Shown: positions 1 through 9,927, counted from the first letter of the whole stretch. The stretch is 60,605 nucleotides of DNA, filler included, from 5 parts of 5 records of this genome joined end to end with filler, not necessarily neighbours in it, one strand, 5' to 3'. The notes: generated from the sequence alone by a model not told the origin. Translations and numbers: made by a program.

Positions 1-78
1 TCCACTAGAACTACAGCTTACATCATATTTGGCACTATCGCTTAGAATCTGCATCTTTTCATAAATATCTTTTCTCAT
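1..78 (-). CDS. 5' fragment of putative DNA modification/repair radical SAM protein (runs off window start)
   Basis: Manual translation, not in the ORF track: MRKDIYEKMQILSDSAKYDVSCSSSG. The AKYDVSCxSSG motif is the typical N-terminus of this radical SAM family. Confidence 0.8.
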   Translation of the reverse strand, partial: MRKDIYEKMQILSDSAKYDVSCSSSG

Positions 79-260
79 AAGGGTATTTTGCCTTAGTCTC
101 ATAATTTTTGTAGAGTAAAATTGTATTTTGATCTATTGTAACGAAGTTTTTTAGTTTTATTTAAAAAAATGACTAATTGCAATTTTTTAATTAAATAATC
201 ACTATATTCTCACTTTTTAATACTATAATAGAAAGAATTTTTATAAAACTAGGTATATAA

Positions 261-1754
261 GTGAACTATCATAAACTAAAAAATAAAATTTTATTCATGT
301 TATTTCTTTTAACATTCTTTGTTCTTACACTTATTTTATTACTTCAATATAAAATTGAGCAAAATACTATTAAAGACATGGTTCAAATAGAAAAAACAAA
401 ATTAGTGAGTATCTATAATCATTCTACAAAAAACTTTTATTTGATGTATACATCTCTTGGAAAAGAGTTGATTTCAAATAAAGAAGTGGCTCTTGCAGTT
501 AAAAATAAAGATAAAGATAAACTACTTAAGTTAACAAAAGAGTTTTATAAAGAACAAAAACAACAAAATCCATATTTTCATAATATGCATTTTCATACAA
601 CAAATGCTATTAGTCTATTAAGAGTTCACAAGCCTGAAAAAAATGGAGATGATTTAAATGCAAGTCGTCCTATGGTTGTAGCAGTGAATAAAGAGAAAAA
701 AATATTACAAGGGATTGAAGTGGGAAAACATGCTATAAGTTTTCGTGTAGCTTTTCCAATATTTTATGAAAATGAACACGTTGGTTCACTAGAACTAGGT
801 GTTAAAGTGAGTTATTTAACAAACTTATTAAAAAACAGTTTTAATACCAACTCATTTTTTGTATTTCACAATAAAATATTAACTCACCTTTTTAAACACT
901 CAAAAAATAAAATTGAACATAAAACCATAAAACACATAACACTGTTTAATTATCAAGATTGTGATCTTCCTGAGAAAATGTCCTTTGATCAACTTGATGA
1001 GATTTTACATGAAAATAATATTTTCAAAATTGGCAATACAAATAATTACTTAGCAGAAATCAGTAAATTTACTAACTATAATAATGAACCTGTAGGACAT
1101 ATAGTATTTTTAATAGATATGAACCCTTTTATGAATAAAATATATCTCTATAGAACAGCTATTTTGATAAGTTTACTCTTTTTTGTAATAACACTTTTTT
1201 ATATGCTTAATAGATGGTTTGGTTTTTTTGTAAAAGAAGTAGAATCAAATCAAAAAAAACTTGAAACACTTTCACAAATAGATGAACTCACACAACTCTA
1301 CAATAGAAGAAAAATACTTGATCTACTTGATTGTGAATATGATAGAAGTAAAAGGTATGAAATATCTGATACAATCATTATATTGGATATTGACCATTTT
1401 AAAAAGATCAATGATAGTTTTGGTCATAATATTGGAGATATGGTATTAAAAGAGTTATCATCACTATTAAAACAAAATGTTAGAAAAACTGATCATATTG
1501 GGAGATGGGGTGGAGAAGAGTTTATTATACTTGCAACACAAACAAATATTGACAATACTTATAAATTTACAGAGAAAATACGTTCTATAATCGAAAACCA
1601 TAAGTTTCCTGATATTACAAAAGTAACATGTAGTTTTGGAATTGCTAAATTAGATACCACTGCAAATTATAAAGACTCAATTAATAAAGCCGATCAAGCT
1701 CTCTATCAAGCAAAAAAAGCAGGAAGAAATAAAGTGATTATTTTTAGAACTTAA
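261..1754 (+). CDS. Membrane-anchored diguanylate cyclase with periplasmic Cache-type sensor
   Basis: Two TM segments flank a periplasmic domain. C-terminal DELTQLYNRR, DIDHFKKINDSFGH and GRWGGEEF motifs; RKTD I-site-like motif. Confidence 0.92.
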   Translation: MNYHKLKNKILFMLFLLTFFVLTLILLLQYKIEQNTIKDMVQIEKTKLVSIYNHSTKNFYLMYTSLGKELISNKEVALAVKNKDKDKLLKLTKEFYKEQKQQNPYFHNMHFHTTNAISLLRVHKPEKNGDDLNASRPMVVAVNKEKKILQGIEVGKHAISFRVAFPIFYENEHVGSLELGVKVSYLTNLLKNSFNTNSFFVFHNKILTHLFKHSKNKIEHKTIKHITLFNYQDCDLPEKMSFDQLDEILHENNIFKIGNTNNYLAEISKFTNYNNEPVGHIVFLIDMNPFMNKIYLYRTAILISLLFFVITLFYMLNRWFGFFVKEVESNQKKLETLSQIDELTQLYNRRKILDLLDCEYDRSKRYEISDTIIILDIDHFKKINDSFGHNIGDMVLKELSSLLKQNVRKTDHIGRWGGEEFIILATQTNIDNTYKFTEKIRSIIENHKFPDITKVTCSFGIAKLDTTANYKDSINKADQALYQAKKAGRNKVIIFRT

Positions 1755-1772
1755 ATACTCTTCTTTTTTATC

Positions 1773-2180
1773 TTACAAAGAAGAGAGTCTCTGGACACTT
1801 GAAGATGTTGTATTTGCTTGTGCTAAAGTCATACTTCCTGCTTGGCTTTGTACATTTTGTTTTGTAAAGTTAGCTGATTCAGTAGCCATATTGATATTAT
1901 TTGTTTCCATGTACTGTTGTGTCTCTTTTGATACTTCATTGCTCTTTTGGGTTTGAGTACTTACATCTACTTTTACCGCAGATTTAAACTGCGATATTCT
2001 CGTTTGTAAAGATTGGTTTTCGGAGCTTAATTGATTCACTTCCTCTTGAAGTTTTTCATTTTCACTCTCTAAGCTTGATACTTTTGCTTTATCAGATGCA
2101 TTGGCACTCATAGCCATAGCATTATCACTATTTGAGTAAGTAAATCTATTTGATGCTGTATCTATTGTTGCTATACTCAT
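1773..2180 (-). CDS. 135-aa protein: coiled coil plus flagellin C-terminal (D0)-like tail
   Basis: Tail NMATESANFTKQNVQSQAGSMTLAQANTTSSSVQRL aligns by eye with the neighbouring flagellin tail DFAADSSNFSKLNVLAQSGSYQLSQANAMQQNVLRLLQ. AAGGA RBS upstream. Confidence 0.75.
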   Translation of the reverse strand: MSIATIDTASNRFTYSNSDNAMAMSANASDKAKVSSLESENEKLQEEVNQLSSENQSLQTRISQFKSAVKVDVSTQTQKSNEVSKETQQYMETNNINMATESANFTKQNVQSQAGSMTLAQANTTSSSVQRLSSL

Positions 2181-2202
2181 CTTATATCCTTAAAAAACTC
2201 TT

Positions 2203-3666
2203 TTATTGTAATAGTCTTAGTACATTTTGTTGCATTGCATTAGCTTGTGACAGTTGATAAGAACCTGATTGTGCTAAAACATTAAGCTTACTAAAGTTTG
2301 ACGAATCAGCTGCAAAATCTGTATCTCTTATTTTAGACTCTGATTCAGCCACATTTACTTGTGATACAGAGATATTATTGATAGTTGCTTGCAATTGATT
2401 TTGAGTAGAACCTAAGTCGGCTCTTTGTTGATCTATTTGCATCATAGCAGAATCAACTATATCCATTGCAGCCATTGCACCTTCTTTAGTAGTTACTCCT
2501 GCGCTAAGTCCATCTTTCATATCCTCATCTTGTATACTATTAGCAGATGCTCCTATCGCTTTTGCTGCATTTTGATCAAACTCTCCTTTTATATCTCTAA
2601 GGTTTAATGTAGCTTCTGCCACTGTAGTTGATGAAGCAGTTGAGAATTGATTATCAGCAGTGATACTAAAAGCGATATCTTCTCCACCACTTAAACCCGT
2701 AAGCGTTAAACGACCATTTTGTGTAGTGCCCGATTCGATTCCTACCATATCAGAGAGCCCTTTTCCTTGGATATTTATAGCTCTTCCATCATTCGAAGTT
2801 AAATTTAACCTACCTTGCTCGTCAACAGATGCTGTAACTCCAGTATCTGCTGAATATTTATTGATAGCATTAACAAGTACTTCACTTGAATCATTTGCTT
2901 CTATATCTGAAATATTACCTATCTTTACATCATTAATAGATAAACCTTTTATATCTCCAGCTTGTATTGCTTTACTACCTGTTAATTCAACATTATAAGA
3001 TGCCCTAACACCTGTTGTATCAGATTGTTTATTAATATTCTCTGCTAAAGCTCCTAAACCTTCTCCTGCTGAAGTTCCTAACTTACCCTCAATATTTGTA
3101 CCATTAATATTTGCAGTTACATCACCGTTTCCAGTTATATCATAGGTTTCAAATCTAGTTTGTCCTATTTGATCACTAGCAGTAGAACCTGTAGATATAT
3201 CAACATTTTGATTACCTATTTGCAATGTTTTATTATCATTATTTCCATTTAATAATTGTTGACCATTAAAGCTTGTAGTATAAGCAATATTATCTATTTC
3301 TTCCGCTAATCTACTAATATCTTCTTGTAAAGCAGCCCTTGAATCTGCAGATTGACCGTCCTGTGCCGCTTGAGTTGCTTTTACTTTTATGGTATCAAGT
3401 ATCTTTATCTGTTCATCCATAGCTTTATCTGCAATTTGTACCATACCTATAGCATCATTAGAGTTTCTAATAGCTTGACCTAAAGAGTTGCTTTGAGTTC
3501 TTAAAGAATCTGCTATTTTTATGCCTGAATTATCATCAGTAGCTTTATTGATTTTAAGACCATTAGACAATCTATCTAATGATGAAAGACTGTTATTTTG
3601 AACTTCTGAATTATCATTAATTTGAGGAATGATTGAAGTAATATTAGAATTTATACCCATACTCAT
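2203..3666 (-). CDS. Flagellin (Campylobacterota FlaA/FlaB type) with divergent extreme N-terminus
   Basis: LDRLSNGLKINKATDD, QIADKAMDEQIKILDTIKVKATQAAQDGQS, RADLGSTQNQL and ESKIRDTDFA motifs. Confidence 0.93.
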   Translation of the reverse strand: MSMGINSNITSIIPQINDNSEVQNNSLSSLDRLSNGLKINKATDDNSGIKIADSLRTQSNSLGQAIRNSNDAIGMVQIADKAMDEQIKILDTIKVKATQAAQDGQSADSRAALQEDISRLAEEIDNIAYTTSFNGQQLLNGNNDNKTLQIGNQNVDISTGSTASDQIGQTRFETYDITGNGDVTANINGTNIEGKLGTSAGEGLGALAENINKQSDTTGVRASYNVELTGSKAIQAGDIKGLSINDVKIGNISDIEANDSSEVLVNAINKYSADTGVTASVDEQGRLNLTSNDGRAINIQGKGLSDMVGIESGTTQNGRLTLTGLSGGEDIAFSITADNQFSTASSTTVAEATLNLRDIKGEFDQNAAKAIGASANSIQDEDMKDGLSAGVTTKEGAMAAMDIVDSAMMQIDQQRADLGSTQNQLQATINNISVSQVNVAESESKIRDTDFAADSSNFSKLNVLAQSGSYQLSQANAMQQNVLRLLQ

Positions 3667-3699
3667 TTTAATATCCTTGTATAGAACTTTATTTATATA

Positions 3700-3733
3700 A
3701 TTATAATATAAAACTCTGTCAAATGTATGTCAA
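3700..3733 (-). promoter_or_regulatory. Tandem TTGACA direct repeat (11-bp period) followed by TATAAT upstream of flagellin; OmpR/PhoB-type box candidate
   Basis: Minus strand reads TTGACAtacatTTGACAgagttttatatTATAAT. Confidence 0.5.
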
Positions 3734-3902
3734 TTGTTAATTTTCAGCAAAAATTTCTTAAATTTAGGTTTAATTTTATTAAATATTAAGAATTGTTATA
3801 GTAAGAAAAACTAACTTTAAGTTGAATATTATCTTAAATAAAGAATTGTTCATTTATTTTCAATATATTTGCATAAATAAATCAAAAGATTATCAATTTT
3901 TA

Positions 3903-3931
3903 TTGACAAAGATCTTTTTTTGTTATACAAT
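3903..3931 (+). promoter_or_regulatory. sigma70-type promoter for the 3994 gene
   Basis: TTGACA-N17-TACAAT. Confidence 0.65.
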
Positions 3932-3993
3932 TCTTTTATAAAGTTTAATTTTAATCTATTATTAAGATATGTAGATTATAAAAAGGATTGATA

Positions 3994-5037
3994 ATGCGAA
4001 TAGAAAGTGCAAATGTTCAGTTACAAAATAACAGTAGTTTTGAGCTTACTCATACCACAGCAGAGAGATTTGCCGTGCAGTATGCAGATGGAAGTGTAAA
4101 AAATGAAAGTGTTGTGGAGCAAGAGTCTATGGTAGATGTTGATTTTGGTTATCTTAGTGATAGAGCTGTAGATAACTCTTCTAGAGCTTATTACGATGAT
4201 GAAGAAAATATGACTCATAAAGATAGGATTAATAAACGTATCATCGAACAGCTTTTAGAAACAGTAAATATTCAAAAAAAGTTTCTTGGATATTCATCTT
4301 TTGAAAAAACAGTTGAAAAACTTCCATATAATCCATATGATCAATATACACCTTCACAACCAGTAGGATATGTTTTTGAAACCTTTGAAGAGTATTATCA
4401 AAAGCAAACGGTAGATTTTAGTGCACAAGTGGAGATAAAGACTCCAAATATGTCTATCAATCTTGATCTCAATATCTCTTATTCAAAAGAACTTTATGAA
4501 TCACATAGCACAAGACTTGCTTTTGGAGAAGTAGATCTTATCGATCCCCTTGTAATCAACTACGGAGAAGATGTAAATCCATTTGAAAATGTAAGCTCAT
4601 TAAACTTTGAATTTGATCTTGATAGTGATGGTGCAACTGATATGATCCCACTATTAAAACAAGGGGCTGGATACTTAGCCTATGATGAGAATAACAATGG
4701 TGTGATCGATAATGGAAATGAGCTTTTTGGAACAAAATCAGGAAATGGATTTACAGACCTAGCAATACATGATAATGATCAAAATGGATGGATAGATGAA
4801 AATGATGCGATTTTCTCAAAACTAAAAATCTGGCAAAAAGATGAATCAGGTGATAATAAACTTGTCTCTTTGCTTGATCTAAATGTAGGAGCGATCTACT
4901 TAGGAGATATACAAAGTGGATATAAATATCAAAATGGGATAGATGATACTATGGCTGTTCAAAAAAGCAACGGGATCTTTGTAAAAGAGAATGGAAGTGG
5001 TGCGGGGATGGTGAGTTCTATCGATATAGCTGTTTAG
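3994..5037 (+). CDS. Acidic hypothetical protein with DxDxDG/EF-hand-like Ca-binding motifs
   Basis: FDLDSDG, DENNNGVIDNGNELFG and DNDQNGWIDEND motifs. ATG at 3994 follows an AAGGA RBS. No signal peptide. Confidence 0.75.
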   Translation: MRIESANVQLQNNSSFELTHTTAERFAVQYADGSVKNESVVEQESMVDVDFGYLSDRAVDNSSRAYYDDEENMTHKDRINKRIIEQLLETVNIQKKFLGYSSFEKTVEKLPYNPYDQYTPSQPVGYVFETFEEYYQKQTVDFSAQVEIKTPNMSINLDLNISYSKELYESHSTRLAFGEVDLIDPLVINYGEDVNPFENVSSLNFEFDLDSDGATDMIPLLKQGAGYLAYDENNNGVIDNGNELFGTKSGNGFTDLAIHDNDQNGWIDENDAIFSKLKIWQKDESGDNKLVSLLDLNVGAIYLGDIQSGYKYQNGIDDTMAVQKSNGIFVKENGSGAGMVSSIDIAV

Positions 5038-5061
5038 ATAATCTCATTAGAGCTCTAAAGT

Positions 5062-5463
5062 TTATAATAATCCTTGCTTTTTATATGCTTGATAGTTTTT
5101 ATAATAATTGATAATATGGGTTAAATAAAAAACAAATAATCCAAATATCCAATACATAAACCATAAACGTATCATAGGGATAAAACCACCTTCAAAAGTA
5201 TAATCTATCACTTGAAAAAATGCAAAAAATAATAATGTGGATTTTATAGGGATATAGTTTGTATTTGGAATAAACTCATACACTACTTTCTTTTTAAGTT
5301 TTATTTTAAAAAAATAATAAACTATCATAGCCACTATATTTAACCCTATCATTATATATTCATCAAAAACTATATTGATGATCTTATTGAGTGGAAACAA
5401 AAAAGAATAGACTAAAAAGACAACAATAATTGAAAGAAAGAGTAGTGTTTTTGTATTTATCAT
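5062..5463 (-). CDS. Small integral membrane hypothetical protein
   Basis: 133 aa with about four hydrophobic segments. Confidence 0.7.
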   Translation of the reverse strand: MINTKTLLFLSIIVVFLVYSFLFPLNKIINIVFDEYIMIGLNIVAMIVYYFFKIKLKKKVVYEFIPNTNYIPIKSTLLFFAFFQVIDYTFEGGFIPMIRLWFMYWIFGLFVFYLTHIINYYKNYQAYKKQGLL

Positions 5464-5601
5464 TTTAAAAGTATACCACTAATTATATAAAGAGCAAATG
5501 CTTACCATATCCACATCTATCTTGAATAAAACTAAAAAAATTATAACTTTACAATAATTTTATAAGAACAAGTGATGTAAAATATAATAAAGGGTGAGAT
5601 T

Positions 5602-8600
5602 ATGAAAAAATCAAAAATATTTTTAAAAACAATGTTTATCCTCTCTAATATTATCCTTATATATAGTATCGCTATTTATTTTGTAATACTTCCTAGGATT
5701 AATCAAGATATCCAAACCCTTGAAGAACAAAAAGCAAAAGAGATTCTTAATAAAATAGAAACTTTGACTAATAATGTTTACAAAGATCTTGAAAGCTATA
5801 AAAAGCTTACTCTACAAAAACATAAAGATGAACTTAGACACCTTACAGATACAGTGTGGTCGATTATTCAGCTTAAATATGACCAATCAAAACCTGAAAA
5901 CATTGGAAATATCTTAAAGAAAAGTGCCGATGAATTTAAATCAAATATGTTGAAATTTTATAATGAAAATAAAGATCATATGACAAAAGAGGAGTTAAAA
6001 AAAGCTATTATAAACTACGTGAATCTTCATAGACACAATAACAATTCAGGATACTTTTTTATCCTCAAAGATACAAAAGTGATCTTACAACCCATAAAGC
6101 CATCTTTAAATGGAAAAGATCTTAGAAACTTAAAAGATAAAAATGGAGTTTATTTTATTAGAGAGTTTGCAAAAATATCAAAAGATATAGGTGCTGGGAT
6201 ATCAAGCTATAGATGGGTAAATCCTAGTACCAAACGTACTGAAGATAAAATAAGCTATATATTTACTTTTGAACCATTTGATTGGATCATAGGAACAGGT
6301 GAATATTACAATACCCTAAAAGAAAAACTTCAACATGAAGTGATAGATCTAGTAAGTAAACTTCGATATGATGGAAATAACTACTTTTATATCAGTGATT
6401 ACTCTTCCAAATTGATCTCTCATCCTTATTTGCAAGGGAGTGATTTTTCAAATATCACAGATGAGAAAGGAACCCTTATCGTTCCACCTATGGTAGAAGT
6501 AGCTAGAAAACATAAAGAGGGATTTCATAGCTATTGGTGGAAAAAAAACCAACAAGATGATACCCCATATGAAAAACTCACCTTTTCCAAAGATTTTCCA
6601 AACTGGAATATGGTGATAGGTACAGGTGTGTATATAGATGATATAGACAATGAGATGAAAAGAAGAAAAAAAGAGTTGACTTCTCAGTTGCAAGCGATCA
6701 TAAACTCTACAAAAATAGCAAAAAATGGATACATTTTTATCTTTGATAAAAATAAAAAAGTACTTATCTCTCCTAAAAATATATCTTTAGATACTCTACC
6801 AATGCCCTATTTTGATAAACTAATAGAAAAATCAAACTCACCATCACAAGAACTTCTTTTTACATGGAGTAAAGAGAATGATAATAAACACTATGAAGCT
6901 ATATCGTGGGTCAAACATATCCCAAAACTTGATTGGTATGTAGTCTCTTTTAGTTATATGCAAGAGTTTCAGATAGCTTCAAAAAAGATCAGTGATTTTC
7001 TTCTAGTCTTTACTCTTTTGATGCTGATATTTACTACTCTATATGGTTATCTGTTTTTTAAAAAACTTCTTACTCCTATTTGGGAGCTTTCAAAGCTTTC
7101 TCAAAAAGTTATAGAAGGAGACTACTCTATAAGAAGTAAAAAAAGAAAAGGGGATGATGAGATTAGTCTTTTATCTCACTCTTTTAATAAGATGCTTGAT
7201 ACTATAGCAGACCATATCCATCATCTAGATCAAAAAGTACAAGAGAAAACCCAAGACCTTCAAAACTCAAACAATAAGATACATAATCTTCTAAATAATG
7301 CAGGGGAGGGATTTTTGTCTTTTTCATCAAATATGCTTATTGATCCTGAGTATTCTATAGAGTGTGAGAGATTATTAGGAGATACAATAGCTCATAAAGA
7401 TATTAGTGAACTTCTTTTTAATAAAAAAGAGGATCAAGAACTTTTTATCAATATGATACAAGAGATACTAAGTAGACAAACTCCAAAAAGAAAAAGAAAA
7501 GTACTAGTAAATCTTTTACAAAAAGAGTTTTTAATAGGAGAAAAAAATATAGAGATATCCTATAAAGTTTTAGAAAATCATACTATGATGCTGGTCCTTG
7601 ATGATGTCACACAAAAAAAACTTCTCCAAGAAAAGCTTGAAAAAGAAAAAAAGACTTTGAAAATGGTTGTAACAACTGTACAAAACATAGATAACTTTTT
7701 AGAACAAATCGAAGACTACAAAGAGTTTGTAGCCACAAAAAATATCTACTTAGATAAAACAAAAACAGTGCTTTATAATGTATCGGAGCTTTTTAGAAAA
7801 ATACATACTTTCAAAGGAAACTTTGCACAAATAGATATGGTCAATGTTGTCCATGCCCTCCATCAATTTGAATCTACACTCCATGAGATGGTAAAGACAC
7901 CTACCACTACTTTTGAAGAGCTACAAAATGCTTTAGATCAAGATTTTGACAGATGGATTCAAGATGACCTTAATATTCTTATAAATACTTTAGGAGAGGA
8001 GTTTTTACATCAAGATCCAAAATACCACATAAGTGAAAAAGAGATCGAACAACTTGAAGAAAAAGCCAACACCCTTTTAAAAAGTGATCTTAATAAAGAT
8101 AAAGAAAAATCCCAAATACTATTAGAGAGTATCCATCATCTAAAAACAATACCTTTATGTGATCTCCTTGCTATCTATCCTCAAACCTTAGAAAAACTAA
8201 GTCTTCGTTTTAATAAAAGTATCTATCCACTTAAACTTATAAAAGATACAAATATAAGAGTTGATAAAAACTATAAACCTTTTATAAAATCATTGATTCA
8301 TATCTTTAGAAATAGTATTGATCATGGGATTGAGAGTATTGATAGAAGAATGGCTCTTTACAAAGATGAAAAAGGGACTATCTCTTTAACTGCTAAAGTG
8401 GAAAAAAACACTCTTTATCTCACCATTGCTGATGATGGAAGTGGGCTTGATATAGAAAAGCTAAAACAAAAAGCTGTGGAAAAAAACATCTATACAAAAC
8501 AAGAGATAGAAAAATTATCAAAAGAGGAGTGCTTTATGCTTATCTTTGAAAATACCTTAAGTACAAAAGAGAATATCACTGAAATATCAGGTAGAGGTGT

Positions 8601-8712
8601 AGGTATGTCTGCACTCAAAGAAGCCTTAGATGATCTTCATGGTTTAGTATGTATAAAAAGTGAAAAAGATAAAGGAACAACATTTAATTTTGAGATCCCA
8701 TTAACTTTGTAA
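5602..8712 (+). CDS. Membrane sensor kinase: three Cache modules, HAMP, Hpt and CheA-like ATPase, with no CheW domain
   Basis: Repeated Y/F-x-W...W-x(2)-(GTG) Cache ends; HAMP DEISLLSHSFNKM; Hpt FRKIHTFKG; HIFRNSIDHGIE, DDGSG and SGRGVGM. Confidence 0.85.
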   Translation: MKKSKIFLKTMFILSNIILIYSIAIYFVILPRINQDIQTLEEQKAKEILNKIETLTNNVYKDLESYKKLTLQKHKDELRHLTDTVWSIIQLKYDQSKPENIGNILKKSADEFKSNMLKFYNENKDHMTKEELKKAIINYVNLHRHNNNSGYFFILKDTKVILQPIKPSLNGKDLRNLKDKNGVYFIREFAKISKDIGAGISSYRWVNPSTKRTEDKISYIFTFEPFDWIIGTGEYYNTLKEKLQHEVIDLVSKLRYDGNNYFYISDYSSKLISHPYLQGSDFSNITDEKGTLIVPPMVEVARKHKEGFHSYWWKKNQQDDTPYEKLTFSKDFPNWNMVIGTGVYIDDIDNEMKRRKKELTSQLQAIINSTKIAKNGYIFIFDKNKKVLISPKNISLDTLPMPYFDKLIEKSNSPSQELLFTWSKENDNKHYEAISWVKHIPKLDWYVVSFSYMQEFQIASKKISDFLLVFTLLMLIFTTLYGYLFFKKLLTPIWELSKLSQKVIEGDYSIRSKKRKGDDEISLLSHSFNKMLDTIADHIHHLDQKVQEKTQDLQNSNNKIHNLLNNAGEGFLSFSSNMLIDPEYSIECERLLGDTIAHKDISELLFNKKEDQELFINMIQEILSRQTPKRKRKVLVNLLQKEFLIGEKNIEISYKVLENHTMMLVLDDVTQKKLLQEKLEKEKKTLKMVVTTVQNIDNFLEQIEDYKEFVATKNIYLDKTKTVLYNVSELFRKIHTFKGNFAQIDMVNVVHALHQFESTLHEMVKTPTTTFEELQNALDQDFDRWIQDDLNILINTLGEEFLHQDPKYHISEKEIEQLEEKANTLLKSDLNKDKEKSQILLESIHHLKTIPLCDLLAIYPQTLEKLSLRFNKSIYPLKLIKDTNIRVDKNYKPFIKSLIHIFRNSIDHGIESIDRRMALYKDEKGTISLTAKVEKNTLYLTIADDGSGLDIEKLKQKAVEKNIYTKQEIEKLSKEECFMLIFENTLSTKENITEISGRGVGMSALKEALDDLHGLVCIKSEKDKGTTFNFEIPLTL

Positions 8713-8899
8713 CTTTTTATTATTTTCTTTCCTTATTTAGTTTTTACTTGCACTATATAAAATTAGAAGACTATAAATAAAATAACTTCAACTTATAAAT
8801 AAAACTTTACGATTTCTTCTATATTATTAAGTAGCCTTAAAGTATCTTTAGTTTAAAATTGTAACTAGTGAATGAATATTCAGAATGAAAGGAGATAGC

Positions 8900-9751
8900 A
8901 TGACTGATAGAAGAGATGCACTAATGTCGATGTTTAGTGCAAAAGGTGCGAAAGTCAACACAAATCGTGGAGATGAGTATTATGAAAGTCTTTTAACAAA
9001 AATGAACAAAAGATTGGATGAATTGGAGCAAACAGATGTTGCTAGTAAAACATCAATAGAGGGTGTTTTAGAAGCAGAGGGGCTTACAAGAAGAGATTTT
9101 ATGAAATGGGCAAGTGCAGCATGTGCAATGCTTATGCTTCCTGCATCTTTTACTCCTACAGTTATGCGAGCTGCTGAACTTATGAACAGAGTTCCTGTTA
9201 TTTGGCTAGAGCTTCAAGATTGTGCTGGTAACTCTGAAGCGATCTTAAGATCTGATGCTCCAACTATTGATGAGCTTATCTTAGATGTTTTATCACTTGA
9301 ATTCAATGAAACTATTATGGCAGCAGCTGGTCATCAAGCTGAAGAGCATTTAGAAGAGGCTATGCACACTTTTAAAGGAAAGTATCTTTGTGTAGTTGAG
9401 GGTTCTATCCCTATGGGTGATGGAAAAGAGTGGTGTACAATTGGTGCTCATGGTGAAACTTTCCATGATCATCTTCAACGTGTAGCAAAAGATTCTGCAG
9501 CGGTTGTTGCAGTTGGTACATGTGCAACATTTGGTGGAGTTCCTGCTGCTGCTCCAAACCCAACTGGTGCAGTTGGTGTTCAAGATGTGGTAAAAGGAAA
9601 AGCTATTATCAATATTCCTGCGTGTCCTGCAAACCCTGCAAATATTACTGGTACTATTTTACATTTTGTACTAACTGGTCAAGTTCCAGAACTAGATCAC
9701 TTAAATAGACCAAAATTTGCTTTTGGATATAGAATCCATGATAACTGTGAA
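8900..9751 (+). CDS. hydA: Group 1 [NiFe]-hydrogenase small subunit, 3' end truncated by contig end
   Basis: Tat motif TRRDFMK, WLELQDCAGNSE, GTCATFGGVPAA, PACP and RIHDNCE. GGAG RBS before ATG 8900. Confidence 0.93.
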
Positions 9752-9851
9752 NNNNNNNNNNNNNNNNNNNNNNNNNNNNNNNNNNNNNNNNNNNNTTAAT
9801 TAATTAANNNNNNNNNNNNNNNNNNNNNNNNNNNNNNNNNNNNNNNNNNNN
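9752..9851. other. Artificial contig spacer
   Basis: N44-TTAATTAATTAA-N44, giving stops in all six frames. Confidence 0.99.
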
Positions 9852-9900
9852 ATGTACCAATAAGAAACTAAAATCTATATAAAAAATAATAAATTCAATT

Positions 9901-9927
9901 GATAGGGAGTGATCCCTATCTTTTTTT
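9901..9927 (+). terminator. Intrinsic terminator
   Basis: GATAGGGA-gtga-TCCCTATC followed by T7. Confidence 0.75.

Noticed and set aside
9796-9807. TTAATTAATTAA recurring four times as a possible biological repeat
   Set aside because: Always centred in N runs of identical length; an assembly linker with stops in all six frames.
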